Assembly (NCBI GenBank): GCA_963829055.1
Contig: CAWHHI010000004.1
Location: 544,001 to 608,000, forward strand
Direction: 5' to 3'
Length of the DNA stretch: 64,000 nucleotides
Source: an uncultured Gemmatimonadaceae bacterium
GTDB lineage: Bacteria > Gemmatimonadota > Gemmatimonadetes > Gemmatimonadales > Gemmatimonadaceae
The notes below the pieces were generated by a model that saw only the letters and a program-made list of their open reading frames with translations, was not told the origin of the DNA and did not search any database. Each line of letters opens with the position of its first letter. Position 1 is the stretch's first letter. Both the position numbers and the translations under genes were made by a program. Positions 54,539 to 64,000 of this stretch are shown piece by piece.

Positions 54539-55667
54539 TTATTCCCGCTTCCATGCCAGTGTCCGACCGCCACGCAGCGCGTGGTACATCCCGAGAAACG
54601 CCGCCGCGTTGATCATGCAGAAGTAGTACGGCAGGCGAAGCACTTTCGGCCTGAGGCGGACGAGCGCGCCCAGCAGCACGAGCGCGTAGAACGCGAGCTG
54701 AAGCGCGAACAGCGCGCGATAGAACGGCCGGTCGAGCAGGAAGAGATTCGCGCCGAGCATCGCGAGCATCGCAATGGGCACGACGAGACGTCCCGCCTTG
54801 TGGGACAGGAAGAAGAACAACGGGCCGGGTCGCAGTGGGCGGATGAGCGCCTTCATCTCGCGCAACTGCTCGAAGTTCCCGGTCATGATGCGGACGCGAC
54901 GGCTGAAGCCGCCCATCTCGTGCGCTTCCTCGTACGCAACGGCCGCAGGCTCGTACGCGACGCGATACCCGCGCGACAGGATGCGCATCGGAATCACGTA
55001 GTCGTCGTTGATCGTGCCCGGCTTCGGGAACGGGTACAGCGCGCGTCGGATCGCGTAGAGCGAGCCGTGACAGCCAAGAATGGAGCCGACGTCGGCTTCG
55101 GCGAGCTTGAGATACGTCTCGTACTTCCAGTAGAAGTCTTCCTGCTTGCCGAGCGCGGCTTCGTCGCCACGAAGCACGCGGTAGACGCCGCTCGCGGCAC
55201 CGACGTCCTCGTCGGCGAAGTTCGCCACGAGCAGCCGCATCGCGTCAGGCGCCAGCATGCTCGACGCGTCCGAGAACGCGACGATGTCGCCCGTGAGTTG
55301 CGGTATCGTGTCGTTGAGCGCGTGGAGCTTGCCGCGATTCACGGGATACGCGAACACGCGAACGCGTCCGCCGCCGATCTGCGCCGCGACGCGCTGTGCG
55401 ATGGCTGTTGTGCCGTCGTTCGGCCCGTCGCACGCGATCGCGATCTCGAGGCGATCGGCCGGATAGTCGAGCGCGAGCGCGTTCCGGATCTTCGCCTCGA
55501 TGACGTCGGCCTCGTTGTACGCCGCGACGAGCAGCGACACGGTGGGCTCGATGGGTCGCTTGGCGACGGGATGCTTCGCCACGCGCCGGAGTACGGCGAG
55601 GAGGAGCGGATAGCCCGCGTAGACGTAGACGGCGAGCGCCGCGGACGCCCAGAAAGATGGCTGTCAT
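54539..55667 (-). CDS. Family 2 glycosyltransferase (CESA-like), frameshift near the start
   Basis: Joined MTAIFWASAALAVYVYAGYPLLL; VAAYNEA, RGKLHALN, FSDA, YWKYE, INDD, RRVRI. Confidence 0.9.
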
Positions 55668-55743
55668 TCCGAGCGAGCGTCAGCCGGGATGCCCGCCCCG
55701 AGAGGGCACCCGCGCCGCTTCGCGGACTCCGACTCGGAATGAC
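55663..55743. repeat. Palindromic element, short copy F
   Basis: GTCATTCCGAG...CTCGGAATGAC termini, inner stem missing. Confidence 0.8.
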
Positions 55744-55773
55744 AAGCGATCGCTCGGTCCGCCACCAGCAGCG

Positions 55774-56434
55774 TTAGGCAGGAACCGCGTCCACGCAGTG
55801 CAGCTTCCCGATCGTCTCGCATCGACACGACCTTGAAGCCCGACGCCTGCATGTACTTGTTCACATCCGTCTTGCTGAAGAAGTAGACCGGGCAGCCTAA
55901 CGCCGTGAGGCGCACCTTCCGGATCGGGGCACGCCACGTCCAGAGGCGCGGCCACGCCGAGAGGAACCGCCCACGCGTCATCTTGCGAATCATCTTGAGA
56001 CGCGACGTCGGGTCCGCGAAGTAGTCCCACAGCCCGATCGCGATCGTCTCGTCGAACACGTCGCTGCGGTTCCAGTCGACGATGTCCATCTGCGCGAAGT
56101 CCGTGCGACCCGCAACGCCTTCCTTCTTCGCGAGATCGCGCGCGAGCTTGAGCATCTCCGGCGCGACGTCCACGCCCATCACGCGCGTGGCGCCATGCTT
56201 CGCCAGGCTCGCCACGAAGCGCCCGGACCCGCAGCCGATGTCGCAGACCGTCTTGCCCGTGAGATCGCCGGACTTCCGCATGACCCAGTCGAATCGCTCG
56301 TAGATGTCACGACGCAGCCATTTGTCGAGCGATCGCGCGAACGCGCTCTTGTTCTCGCCGGTATAGATCGCGTCGAAGTCCTTGGCGACGTTGTTCCAGT
56401 ACTGCGCGACCTTGATGTCCTCGGTGGTCTTCAT
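55774..56434 (-). CDS. Class I SAM-dependent methyltransferase
   Basis: VCDIGCGSG, GVDVAPEML. The true stop is inferred as TAA 55774 after a frameshift. Confidence 0.88.
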
Positions 56435-56442
56435 TGGGCGGT

Positions 56443-57387
56443 TCAAACAGTCGAAGGGAAGGGAACAGCGCGGGCGGTATCAGCCAGCCCGCTGCCGCGA
56501 AAGCTCGAGAAACGCCCGAGGGCGAGTAAGCGACGTAACCGATCGTGCGTTTTCCCGAGATTCGTGTAATGGCGCAAGCGAGAACGCCTGCGCCCGCCAA
56601 GACGTGGTTGGTCGGGATCGACCTCCCACGGGTGGATATAGGCAATGAGCGGAAGGTTCTCCGCCCGCGCCCGCCGATAGCCGAGCTTCGTGTACCAGAA
56701 GGGTAAGATCCTCAGGTACCCGCCCCCGCCTACAGGCAAATTCTGTTCACCGACCATCCGGAACGTGGTGATCGGGAATTCGACGATTGGACCCGCAGGG
56801 GTCGTAACGAGGAAAGGCTGCCTTGGCGCGTCCGGAATGCCGTAGACATCGTGCCGGATGGGAAAGATGCTGGAGTCGTACGTGAATCCGGCCTCCGCGA
56901 GCACCTCGAGCGCCCAGAGCGACTTCATCGTGATGGAGTAGCTTGGCGCCCTGTAGCCGAATACAGCCTCGCCCGCGGCCTGCTCGATCACGTCCTTGGC
57001 GCGCCGGGTGTCGGCGGCAAACTCCTCGCGATCGAGCTTGTAGATGAGCCGGTGCCAGTACGAATGACAGGCAGGCTCGTGTCCTCGGGCGACGATGTCC
57101 CGGACCAATTTCGGGTACCGATCCGCGACCCAGCCGAGGATGAAAAACGTGCCCTTCACGCCGGTTTCGTCGAGGAGATCCAACAACCGTTGCGTGTTCG
57201 CCTCAACCCGGCACGGGTAACTTTCCCAGCGCTGTCGATCGACGACGTCCGAGAACGCCTCGACGTGGAAGTAGTCCTCCACGTCCACGGAGAACACGTT
57301 GCCGCTCGCGTCAGCCACGGGGCCTCGACTCGATCTCGAGGCCGCATTGGAGGCCCGACTGGGCGAGGCAACGTGTGGGACCGGCAT
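56443..57387 (-). CDS. Polysaccharide deacetylase (DUF3473 / PEP-CTERM-locus type)
   Basis: FSVDVEDYFH, TFFILGWVA, GYRAPSYS, YDSSIFP, PVGGGGYLR, YIHPWEVDPDQPR. Confidence 0.92.
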   Translation of the reverse strand: MPVPHVASPSRASNAASRSSRGPVADASGNVFSVDVEDYFHVEAFSDVVDRQRWESYPCRVEANTQRLLDLLDETGVKGTFFILGWVADRYPKLVRDIVARGHEPACHSYWHRLIYKLDREEFAADTRRAKDVIEQAAGEAVFGYRAPSYSITMKSLWALEVLAEAGFTYDSSIFPIRHDVYGIPDAPRQPFLVTTPAGPIVEFPITTFRMVGEQNLPVGGGGYLRILPFWYTKLGYRRARAENLPLIAYIHPWEVDPDQPRLGGRRRSRLRHYTNLGKTHDRLRRLLALGRFSSFRGSGLADTARAVPFPSTV

Positions 57388-57603
57388 TCAGGGGCATGGT
57401 AGGGGTACGATGTGACTGACGCCGCCGGGGAATCAGACCGAGGCGAGCGTCATTGATGGAGACGAGTTGGTGCGGCCGCGGAGCGGACGAGTGGACCGGC
57501 CGATTTTCCGGGTCGGACGGTTCCCGCCGCCCCGGGCACGCTCGGTGGGGGAGTGCAAAGGTCGAGCCGACGTGGGACGCCCGTCTCGACCTCCATGTTC
57601 AGG

Positions 57604-57950
57604 CTACCCGGGGCGGTCGGTCCGGTCGCCAGCCCGACTGTTTCTTTCCCGGGCCGCGCGGCTGTCCACCATGCGCTCGTAGTTCTCTTCGCTCGTGGTC
57701 CACAGGTACCGACCGAACAGATACCCGCAGAGCGGGAAGACGAGCATGGCGACCCCGATGCCGGTCTTCAGGTGCTGCGTCATGACGAGCCGCCAGACGA
57801 AGCCCTGCTCCTGGACGACCTGATAGGCGATGGTCACGAGCGCGACGGGGATGCCCCAGCCGAACACGCCGCGCCGCCAGATGAACGTGGAGCGCCCCAT
57901 GGCGCGGGTGCGCTCCCAACGAGCGACTGCCTGCGGACGTCCGTCCGTCG
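57604..57950 (-). CDS. Small two-TM hypothetical protein; start uncertain
   Basis: RWERTRAMGRSTFIWRRGVFGWGIP...GYLFGRYLWTTSEENYE. Confidence 0.6.
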
Positions 57951-58184
57951 ATTCTGTGGGGCCAGGAGCTTCGCCTGAGCGGGAGTCGCGAGCAACCATC
58001 GAGAACCCTGAGGGAGTGAGCCCAAGCCCACCGCAGTCGGCGCGGCAGCCCGTCGACGTAGGATGGCCTGGTGCCTTCCCCAAGGCAATCGGTCCCGGCC
58101 GTCAGTAGCCATCTCGGACGAATAGTGAACGGATGCAGGGGATCTGACGGATCGACTCCATGCACGAGGGCTCGCGCATGCGGT

Positions 58185-58260
58185 GTCATCCCGAGCGCCA
58201 GCGATTGTCATCCCTCGTCATGCACCCGCCTGCGGCGGGTTCCGCGCTCGGCGTGATGAC
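58185..58260. repeat. Degenerate palindromic element, copy G
   Basis: GTCATCCCGAGCG...CGCTCGGCGTGATGAC. Confidence 0.6.
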
Positions 58261-58385
58261 AAGGGAATCAATCCGCCAGATCAGACGAATCCGTTGCCCC
58301 TTCGTCTGAGATACTTGTTGACGCAGTCCTCGGCGTCCTCGGCGGTGACCTGGCGGTTGTCGTTGCAGTCACATGATGAGATCGC

Positions 58386-59554
58386 CTAACGCAGCAACAG
58401 CTTTGCGATCGTCTGCAGCTGCATGTTGGACGTCCCCTCGTAGATCGCGCCGATCTTCGCGTCGCGATAGAACTTCTCGACCGGATAGTCCTTCGTGTAG
58501 CCGTAGCCGCCGAACAGCTCGAGCGAGAGCGACGTCACGCGCTCGCGCGACCTGCGACGAGAACAGCTTCGCCATCGCGCCTTCGCATCGCGATGTCGTG
58601 GCCGGCGTCCTTGAGCCGCGCCGCGTTGTACACCATGAGCCGCGCCGCCTCGAGCTCCGTGCCGCCTGCGCGAGCTGGAACTGGATCTCCCTGGAACTCG
58701 GCGAGCGGCTTGCCGAACTGCGTGCGCTCCTTCACGTAGTCGTCGCCGCGCCGAGCGCGCCCGCGCCACGCCGATCATCTGCGCGCCGATGCCGATGCGG
58801 CCTTCGTTCAGCGTCTCGATCGCGATCTTGTAGCCCTGGCCCACCGGACCGAGCACGTTCTCCGTCGGGCACCTCGACGCCGTCGAGAATCAGCTCCGTC
58901 GTGCTCGACGCGCGGATGCCGAGCTTGTCCTCCTTCTTGCCGACGGCGAAGCCCGTGCAAGCTCGCGCTCGACGATGAACGCCGTGATCCCCTTGTAGCC
59001 CGGCTGACGGATTCGCGTTCGCGAACACGACGTAGATCTCCGCCTCGGCGCCGTTGGTGATCCACATCTTCCGGCCGGTGAGCACCCAGCGGTCGCCGCG
59101 CTGCTCGGCGCGCGTCGCGAGCCCGAATGCGTCGGAGCCGGACGACGGCTCGCGACAGCGCGTACGCGCCGACCGTGTCGCCGTCGAGCCGCGGCAGGTA
59201 CTTCGCCTTGAGCGCGTCGCTGCCGTACCGGCTGATCGGATAGTTCACGAGCGTGTTCTGCACGTCGCACACGATCGCCGCGGACGCGTCGACCTTGCTG
59301 ATCTCCTCGACGGCGAGCGCGACCATCATGCAGCGAGCCGCCGGCGCCGCCGTACTGCTCCGGCACCTCGATCCCCATGAGGCCCATCTCGAAGTACTTC
59401 GGGACGAGCGCGGGATCGATCTTCGCCGCGCGCTCCATCTGCCTGCACGCGCGGGCGAACTTCGTCGTTCGCGAAGCCGGCGACGGCGTCGCGGAACATC
59501 TGCTCGTCCTCGGAGAGGATCGTGAGCGGCGGATGTGCGGTCTGTTGCAGTCAT
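58386..59554 (-). CDS. Acyl-CoA dehydrogenase, multiple frameshifts
   Basis: GLMGIEVPEQYGG, KMWITNG, KKEDKLGIRASST, LNEGRIGI, ERTQFGKPL, FGGYGY...RDAKIGAIYEGTSN. Confidence 0.92.
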
Positions 59555-60701
59555 CGATCGAAAATCGATTTGAAGGAGAGTTCGGCGCGGGAGCCATCAA
59601 ACGACGGGACTGGAGCGCGCCGGAACGCCGTCGGCGGCATGGGTCGTAAGGTAATCGGCGCCGCGCGCCGCCTTCGAACCCGCGCAGCTCGTCGATCACG
59701 TACATGGGACGCTGCTTCACTTCGTCGTAGATGCGACTCAGGTATTCCCCGACGATACCGATCATGAGCAACTGAGCGCCGCCGAGCAGAAGAATGACCA
59801 CGAGCGTCGACGCCCACCCCTGCACGGTATCGGCACCGACCAGCCGCTGATACACCGCCCATCCGGTCAGAACGAGGCTGATCGTCGACGCGGTGAGTCC
59901 GAGGTAGGTGGCCACGCGCAGCGGGACCTTGGAGAATGACACGATCCCATTGATGCCGAGGGCGAGCGACTTCCAGAACGTGTACTTGGGCTCCCCCGCA
60001 TAACGCGGCGGCCGCTCGAACTGCACCGCGGTCTGACGGAATCCGAGCCAGGCCCGGAGCCCGCGCAGGTATCGATTGCGCTCGGGCATCCGGTTCAGCA
60101 GGTCCACCACGCGCCGATCCATGAGACAGAAATCGCCCGTGTCCGCGGGAATCTCGACGTCAGTGAGATGCTGGAGCAGCCGGTAGTACGTGAACGCGAT
60201 CCCGCGCTTGAACGCACCTTCCGCGCGACGGGCCACGCGTTGCGCGTACACCACGTGATAGCCTTCGCGCCACCGCGCGATCATGACCGCCAGCAGCTCG
60301 GGGGGATCCTGGAGATCTGCGTCCATGACGACCACGGCGCTTCCCTGAGCAAAGTGCAGCCCAGCCGTGACGGCCGCCTGATGGCCGAAATTCCGTGAGA
60401 AATGCACGCTCCGGAACCGCGGGTCTCGCCGCGTCATCTCGGCGATCATCTCCGCGGTGCGATCGCGGCTCCCGTCATCGATCAACACCACTTCATACGA
60501 CACGCCGAGCGTCGCGAGCCGGTCGCGAATGGTCGAGAAGAGCATGTCCAGCGTCGCTTCCTCGTTGAACACGGGAATGACGAGCGAGATGAGCACGGGC
60601 TCGGCTCTCGGTTCGGTTCCCGCAGCGAGCAATGGTATGAGCGATGGTGTGAGATCGCCCGTCATCGAGGAAGTGCCTGACAGTGGCGTGCTCGTATCCA
60701 T
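59551..60701 (-). CDS. Family 2 glycosyltransferase (GtrB / polyprenol-phosphate glycosyltransferase-like)
   Basis: VIPVFNEE, IDDGSRD, SRNFGHQAA, MDADLQDPPE, DTGDF, two C-terminal TMs, IYDEVKQRP. Confidence 0.93.
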
Positions 60702-60715
60702 GGGCGTCCGTCGAG

Positions 60716-62293
60716 TCAGGGCGCCGCGGCAGCCGCCGCCGGCGCGTTCCCTCGAAGTTGCATGGCGACACGCACGAGCGCGAGCACACGCTCGCGGAAC
60801 AGGAACCACAGCGCGCCCGCGTAACAGACGGCACCCGCCACGACCTTGATCACGAGCGTCGCCAGGCGCGGCGTCGTCGGCGGAATGACGAGGGCGATCG
60901 CGAGCACACCGACCGCCATGATAGCGGTCGATACGAGCGCGGGGCGGAGGACCGGCAGGTACGATCGCGGCCCGATTCCCAGGTGCGTCGCCACCCGCCG
61001 CAGCAGTGGGAACATGACCATCGGTGCGTGGCAGACGATCCACGCGGCGGCGATTCCATTGATACCCCATCGGGCCCCGACGGCGAAGCCTAACGGGAGA
61101 ACGATTGCCGCGATGACGCTCCGCTTCATCGTGTAGCGCGCGTCGCCGGTAATCGTGAGTGCTTGCGAGAGGATCGGTGTGAGTGAGCGGATGCCGGCGT
61201 ACAACACGAGCAGCCGCAGCGGCGTGACGGCCGGCTTCCACTTGTCGCCCACGATCGCCAACAGATCGTTGGCGACGAGCGCGAGCCCCATGGTCGCGGG
61301 GAGCAATGCGAGCGCGAGCGTCCCGGTGATCTGCGTGAGGTACCGCGTGAGCAGCGCCGAGTCATGCTTCGCCGCCGAGAAGATCGACGACGTCACCCCC
61401 GTGAGGAGACTCGTGACCTTGTCGACGATCGAATAGGCGAGGTTCCACGCAAACGTGTACGCACCGAGCGCGGCTGCGCCGAGCAATTTCCCGGCGACGA
61501 AGAAGTCCGCGTTCTGGAACACGTACCACGCGATCGACCCGATGATGATATCGCGACTGAGATGGAGCGCACCTCGAAGCTCGTCGAACTTCGGGCGTCG
61601 GAATGGCAGCGGCAACGACGTCAGCGCGATGACCGTCGCGATACTGCTGCCGAGCAGCGCGGCGAGGACCAGCGCCCAGTAGCGGAGTCCGGCGAACGCC
61701 AGCGTGATCGACGCCGTCGCGGTGACGAGGCTGTTCACACCGTCGAGAAACGCGACGCGGCCGAATCGCAGCTGTCGCTGAAGCGCGGCCTGGGGCACCG
61801 TGCGGAGCGACATGATGACGAAATTCCCGCTCAACACGATCACGACCCACCGGAGTTCGGGGGCCTTGAAGAACGCCGCCATCGGTCCGGCGATGATGCA
61901 CGAGAAGATGAAGCCCGCCACGCCGATGATCGTCGAGAGCGAGTGCATCTGGCCGAGTCGGTCGCCGCGCAGGTCACGCATGGCGATGATCGTCGTCCCG
62001 AGCCCTGCCTCGTTCATCATCGTGAGCAGCCCGAGGTACACCGCCGCCATGCCCACGAGACCGTAGTCTTCCGGCGACAACAGTCGAGCGACCGCCAGGG
62101 TCGATACCCACGCCGCGATCTGCGTGACCCACTTGATGGCCCCCGTCCACGCGACGCCGCGAACGAGGCTGCGGTCCAGCGTCGCGCGATCGTAATTCCG
62201 CCGCGCCTCGAGGTCGGCGTCGCTGGATTGCGGTGTCGCGGCCGTGCCAGCCGGTGGTGTGGTCACGATCGACGGCGGTTGCGGCGCGCTCAT
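60716..62293 (-). CDS. Wzx-type polysaccharide flippase
   Basis: RGVAWT...ARLLSPEDYGLVGMA, NADFFVAGKLLGAAALGAY; many TMs. Confidence 0.9.
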   Translation of the reverse strand: MSAPQPPSIVTTPPAGTAATPQSSDADLEARRNYDRATLDRSLVRGVAWTGAIKWVTQIAAWVSTLAVARLLSPEDYGLVGMAAVYLGLLTMMNEAGLGTTIIAMRDLRGDRLGQMHSLSTIIGVAGFIFSCIIAGPMAAFFKAPELRWVVIVLSGNFVIMSLRTVPQAALQRQLRFGRVAFLDGVNSLVTATASITLAFAGLRYWALVLAALLGSSIATVIALTSLPLPFRRPKFDELRGALHLSRDIIIGSIAWYVFQNADFFVAGKLLGAAALGAYTFAWNLAYSIVDKVTSLLTGVTSSIFSAAKHDSALLTRYLTQITGTLALALLPATMGLALVANDLLAIVGDKWKPAVTPLRLLVLYAGIRSLTPILSQALTITGDARYTMKRSVIAAIVLPLGFAVGARWGINGIAAAWIVCHAPMVMFPLLRRVATHLGIGPRSYLPVLRPALVSTAIMAVGVLAIALVIPPTTPRLATLVIKVVAGAVCYAGALWFLFRERVLALVRVAMQLRGNAPAAAAAAP

Positions 62294-64000
62294 CCGCCGC
62301 CGTCAGCGTTAGGCGTGAGCGTCCATCGACCGTTCGCGACCTTGTACATGTCCGTGAACGCGTTGGCGTAGTCCACGGCATACGCGTAATCGCCCACCCC
62401 CAGCCAATGCGCGACCGACGCGGCGAGGAGATAGCGTCGATCGAGCAGTGGCGTGGGGAACGTGCCCGACATGAGCACTCGCGCCGTCTCGCCGACAATG
62501 CTTCGCCGACGCTGCCGTCTCACGATGTCCTTCTGGCGATCGCCCCACTGATCGATCGCACTGGCAGGCAGCGGGATCGGACATGGCTCGTGTCCCGGAT
62601 AGGTCTGCCACGCGACCTGTTGGATGGTCGACGGGAAGAACTTCAGGGCCTCGTTGTACAGGCGGTGTCCCACGCCGAAGTCGGCCGGAGCAGCGGCCAC
62701 CGCCTCGATCAGTTCGTAGTCGTAGAACGGGAGATGGAACTCCAGCCGATGCAGGTCGACATCCTCGAAATGCAGCGTGAGATGGCGACGCTGGTCGTGA
62801 ACCATTCGGAAGAAGTAGAGCTCGCGGCCCGGCTCTGCCTCGCATCGCACCTCGTCGAACGCCTCACGCGTACCTTGATGCACGAGGTCGCGAACCGCGG
62901 CGGACATGTCGCGCCGGAAGACACGGATCGGGACGGCAATCTCGTGTTCGGCGAAATACCTGGTGACTGCTTCGTCGCGCTTGCCCGCGCGCAGCAACGC
63001 GATGACGCTCGCGTAGACGCCGACGAACCCGAGACCAACGCTGCCTCCGTCGCCGGACCAGATCAGGCCGGGCCGCTCGGGTGGCAGCGTCGCTCGCTTC
63101 GTCGACGCGCCCCAGACATCAGCCATCGTCATCGACCAGCGGACGGGATCGGGGGGCCGCGGTATGCGTGTGTGTATGGACTGCACGATACCCGCGAACG
63201 CGTCGCCGAGGATCTGATCCTTCGTGCCGTCGGTGGCGAAGTTGAACGTGTGCAGCTTGACGCCGCGGGCAACGAGCTCGGCGACGAGGCATCGCGAGTC
63301 GAGTCCGCCGCTCAGGAACGCGACCGAGGTTGTATCAGATCCCAACCGTCGGTCCACGGCGCGACTGAACAGCGCGTGCACCTTCTCGGCGGCCTGCGCG
63401 ATCTGGATTTTCTCCTCCGGCACCGCCGCAATGTTCCAGTACCTCGACCGACGGACCGCGCGGTTCTCGAACAGCACGACTTCGGCATCGCGAATCGCGT
63501 AGATGTCGCGGTACGCCGTGCGATCCGCCAACGGGTAGCCGAGCGCCAACGTCTCCAGCGCGCCGCGAACGTCCATCACTTTCGGCAGACTCCGAAGCCC
63601 TTCGAGGACGCGAAGCGCGCCGGCGAAGTACACGACGTCGTCGGTGACGGCGTAGTAGATCGGCCGCACGCCAAGTTTGTCCGCGATGAGCGCGACCGAG
63701 CCGCTACGCTCGTTGAAGTGCAAGCCCGCGAAGCAGCCGATGCTCCGCGCTGTCGTCGAGAAATCACCCCGGTTCCACGCGTCGTGAAGGCGCGCAATGT
63801 CGGCAGCGCGTCCCTGCATGAGTCCATCGGCAAGGAGCGGCTCGCCAGCGACGAGCGTCGCACCTACGCCAGCGTCGCAGCGAAGAGAGCTGGTGTCGAA
63901 TGCTCCGGTCTCGACGTAGACGATCGCCCCGCGACTGAACGGGACCACGCTCGCCGAGTCCTGCGGCCGGCGTGAGACCAACCCGCGGAGCTCATCGATC
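62290..64000 (-). CDS. Asparagine synthase-related amidotransferase (5' end outside the window)
   Basis: ADKLGVRPIYY, FLSGGLDSR, WSGDGG, LPFYDYELIE. Confidence 0.85.
   Translation of the reverse strand, partial: IDELRGLVSRRPQDSASVVPFSRGAIVYVETGAFDTSSLRCDAGVGATLVAGEPLLADGLMQGRAADIARLHDAWNRGDFSTTARSIGCFAGLHFNERSGSVALIADKLGVRPIYYAVTDDVVYFAGALRVLEGLRSLPKVMDVRGALETLALGYPLADRTAYRDIYAIRDAEVVLFENRAVRRSRYWNIAAVPEEKIQIAQAAEKVHALFSRAVDRRLGSDTTSVAFLSGGLDSRCLVAELVARGVKLHTFNFATDGTKDQILGDAFAGIVQSIHTRIPRPPDPVRWSMTMADVWGASTKRATLPPERPGLIWSGDGGSVGLGFVGVYASVIALLRAGKRDEAVTRYFAEHEIAVPIRVFRRDMSAAVRDLVHQGTREAFDEVRCEAEPGRELYFFRMVHDQRRHLTLHFEDVDLHRLEFHLPFYDYELIEAVAAAPADFGVGHRLYNEALKFFPSTIQQVAWQTYPGHEPCPIPLPASAIDQWGDRQKDIVRRQRRRSIVGETARVLMSGTFPTPLLDRRYLLAASVAHWLGVGDYAYAVDYANAFTDMYKVANGRWTLTPNADGGG

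Noticed and set aside
58890..61241. 783-aa ORF joining flippase-region sequence, GT2 and acyl-CoA dehydrogenase fragments
   Set aside because: Chance open frame plus frameshifts; the three genes have separate starts and motifs.
2713..62314. Integron attC cassette array suggested by GCCTAAC/GTTAGGC
   Set aside because: Sites are mostly inside genes, are not paired as RYYYAAC...GTTRRRY within 60-140 bp (the close pairs face outward), and no integrase is present.
62233..63975. Long antisense ORFs (also 9246-10628, 27514-28962, 32967-34871, 54536-55777)
   Set aside because: Shadow frames typical of high-GC DNA, with no motifs and lying opposite well-supported genes.

Overview
High-GC bacterial chromosomal segment. 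The gene content suggests Gemmatimonadota (inference). It holds about 52 genes: an ECF sigma/anti-sigma pair, a TetR-TolC-EmrA-EmrB efflux operon, nth and polX, many peptidases and amidohydrolases, two paralogous two-component systems flanking an ADOP-type permease, a rhodanese plus TsdA-like cytochrome, and part of an exopolysaccharide cluster. Roughly half the genes carry 1-bp frameshifts that look like long-read consensus errors, so many coordinates below span joined frames and are approximate. I saw no rRNA, tRNA, CRISPR array, transposase or integrase. Three signals stand out. (1) A non-palindromic motif, GCCTAACG/CGTTAGGC, recurs about 50 times on both strands and is written into genes through rare synonymous codons in several frames. 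(2) A roughly 1400-aa caspase + STAND NTPase + helical-repeat (NLR-like) protein has no obvious substrate gene next to it. (3) A GTCATTCCGAGCG...CGCTCGGAATGAC palindromic repeat family has termini that supply the ATG start of three genes. There are also heptamer-repeat arms and other intergenic hairpins.
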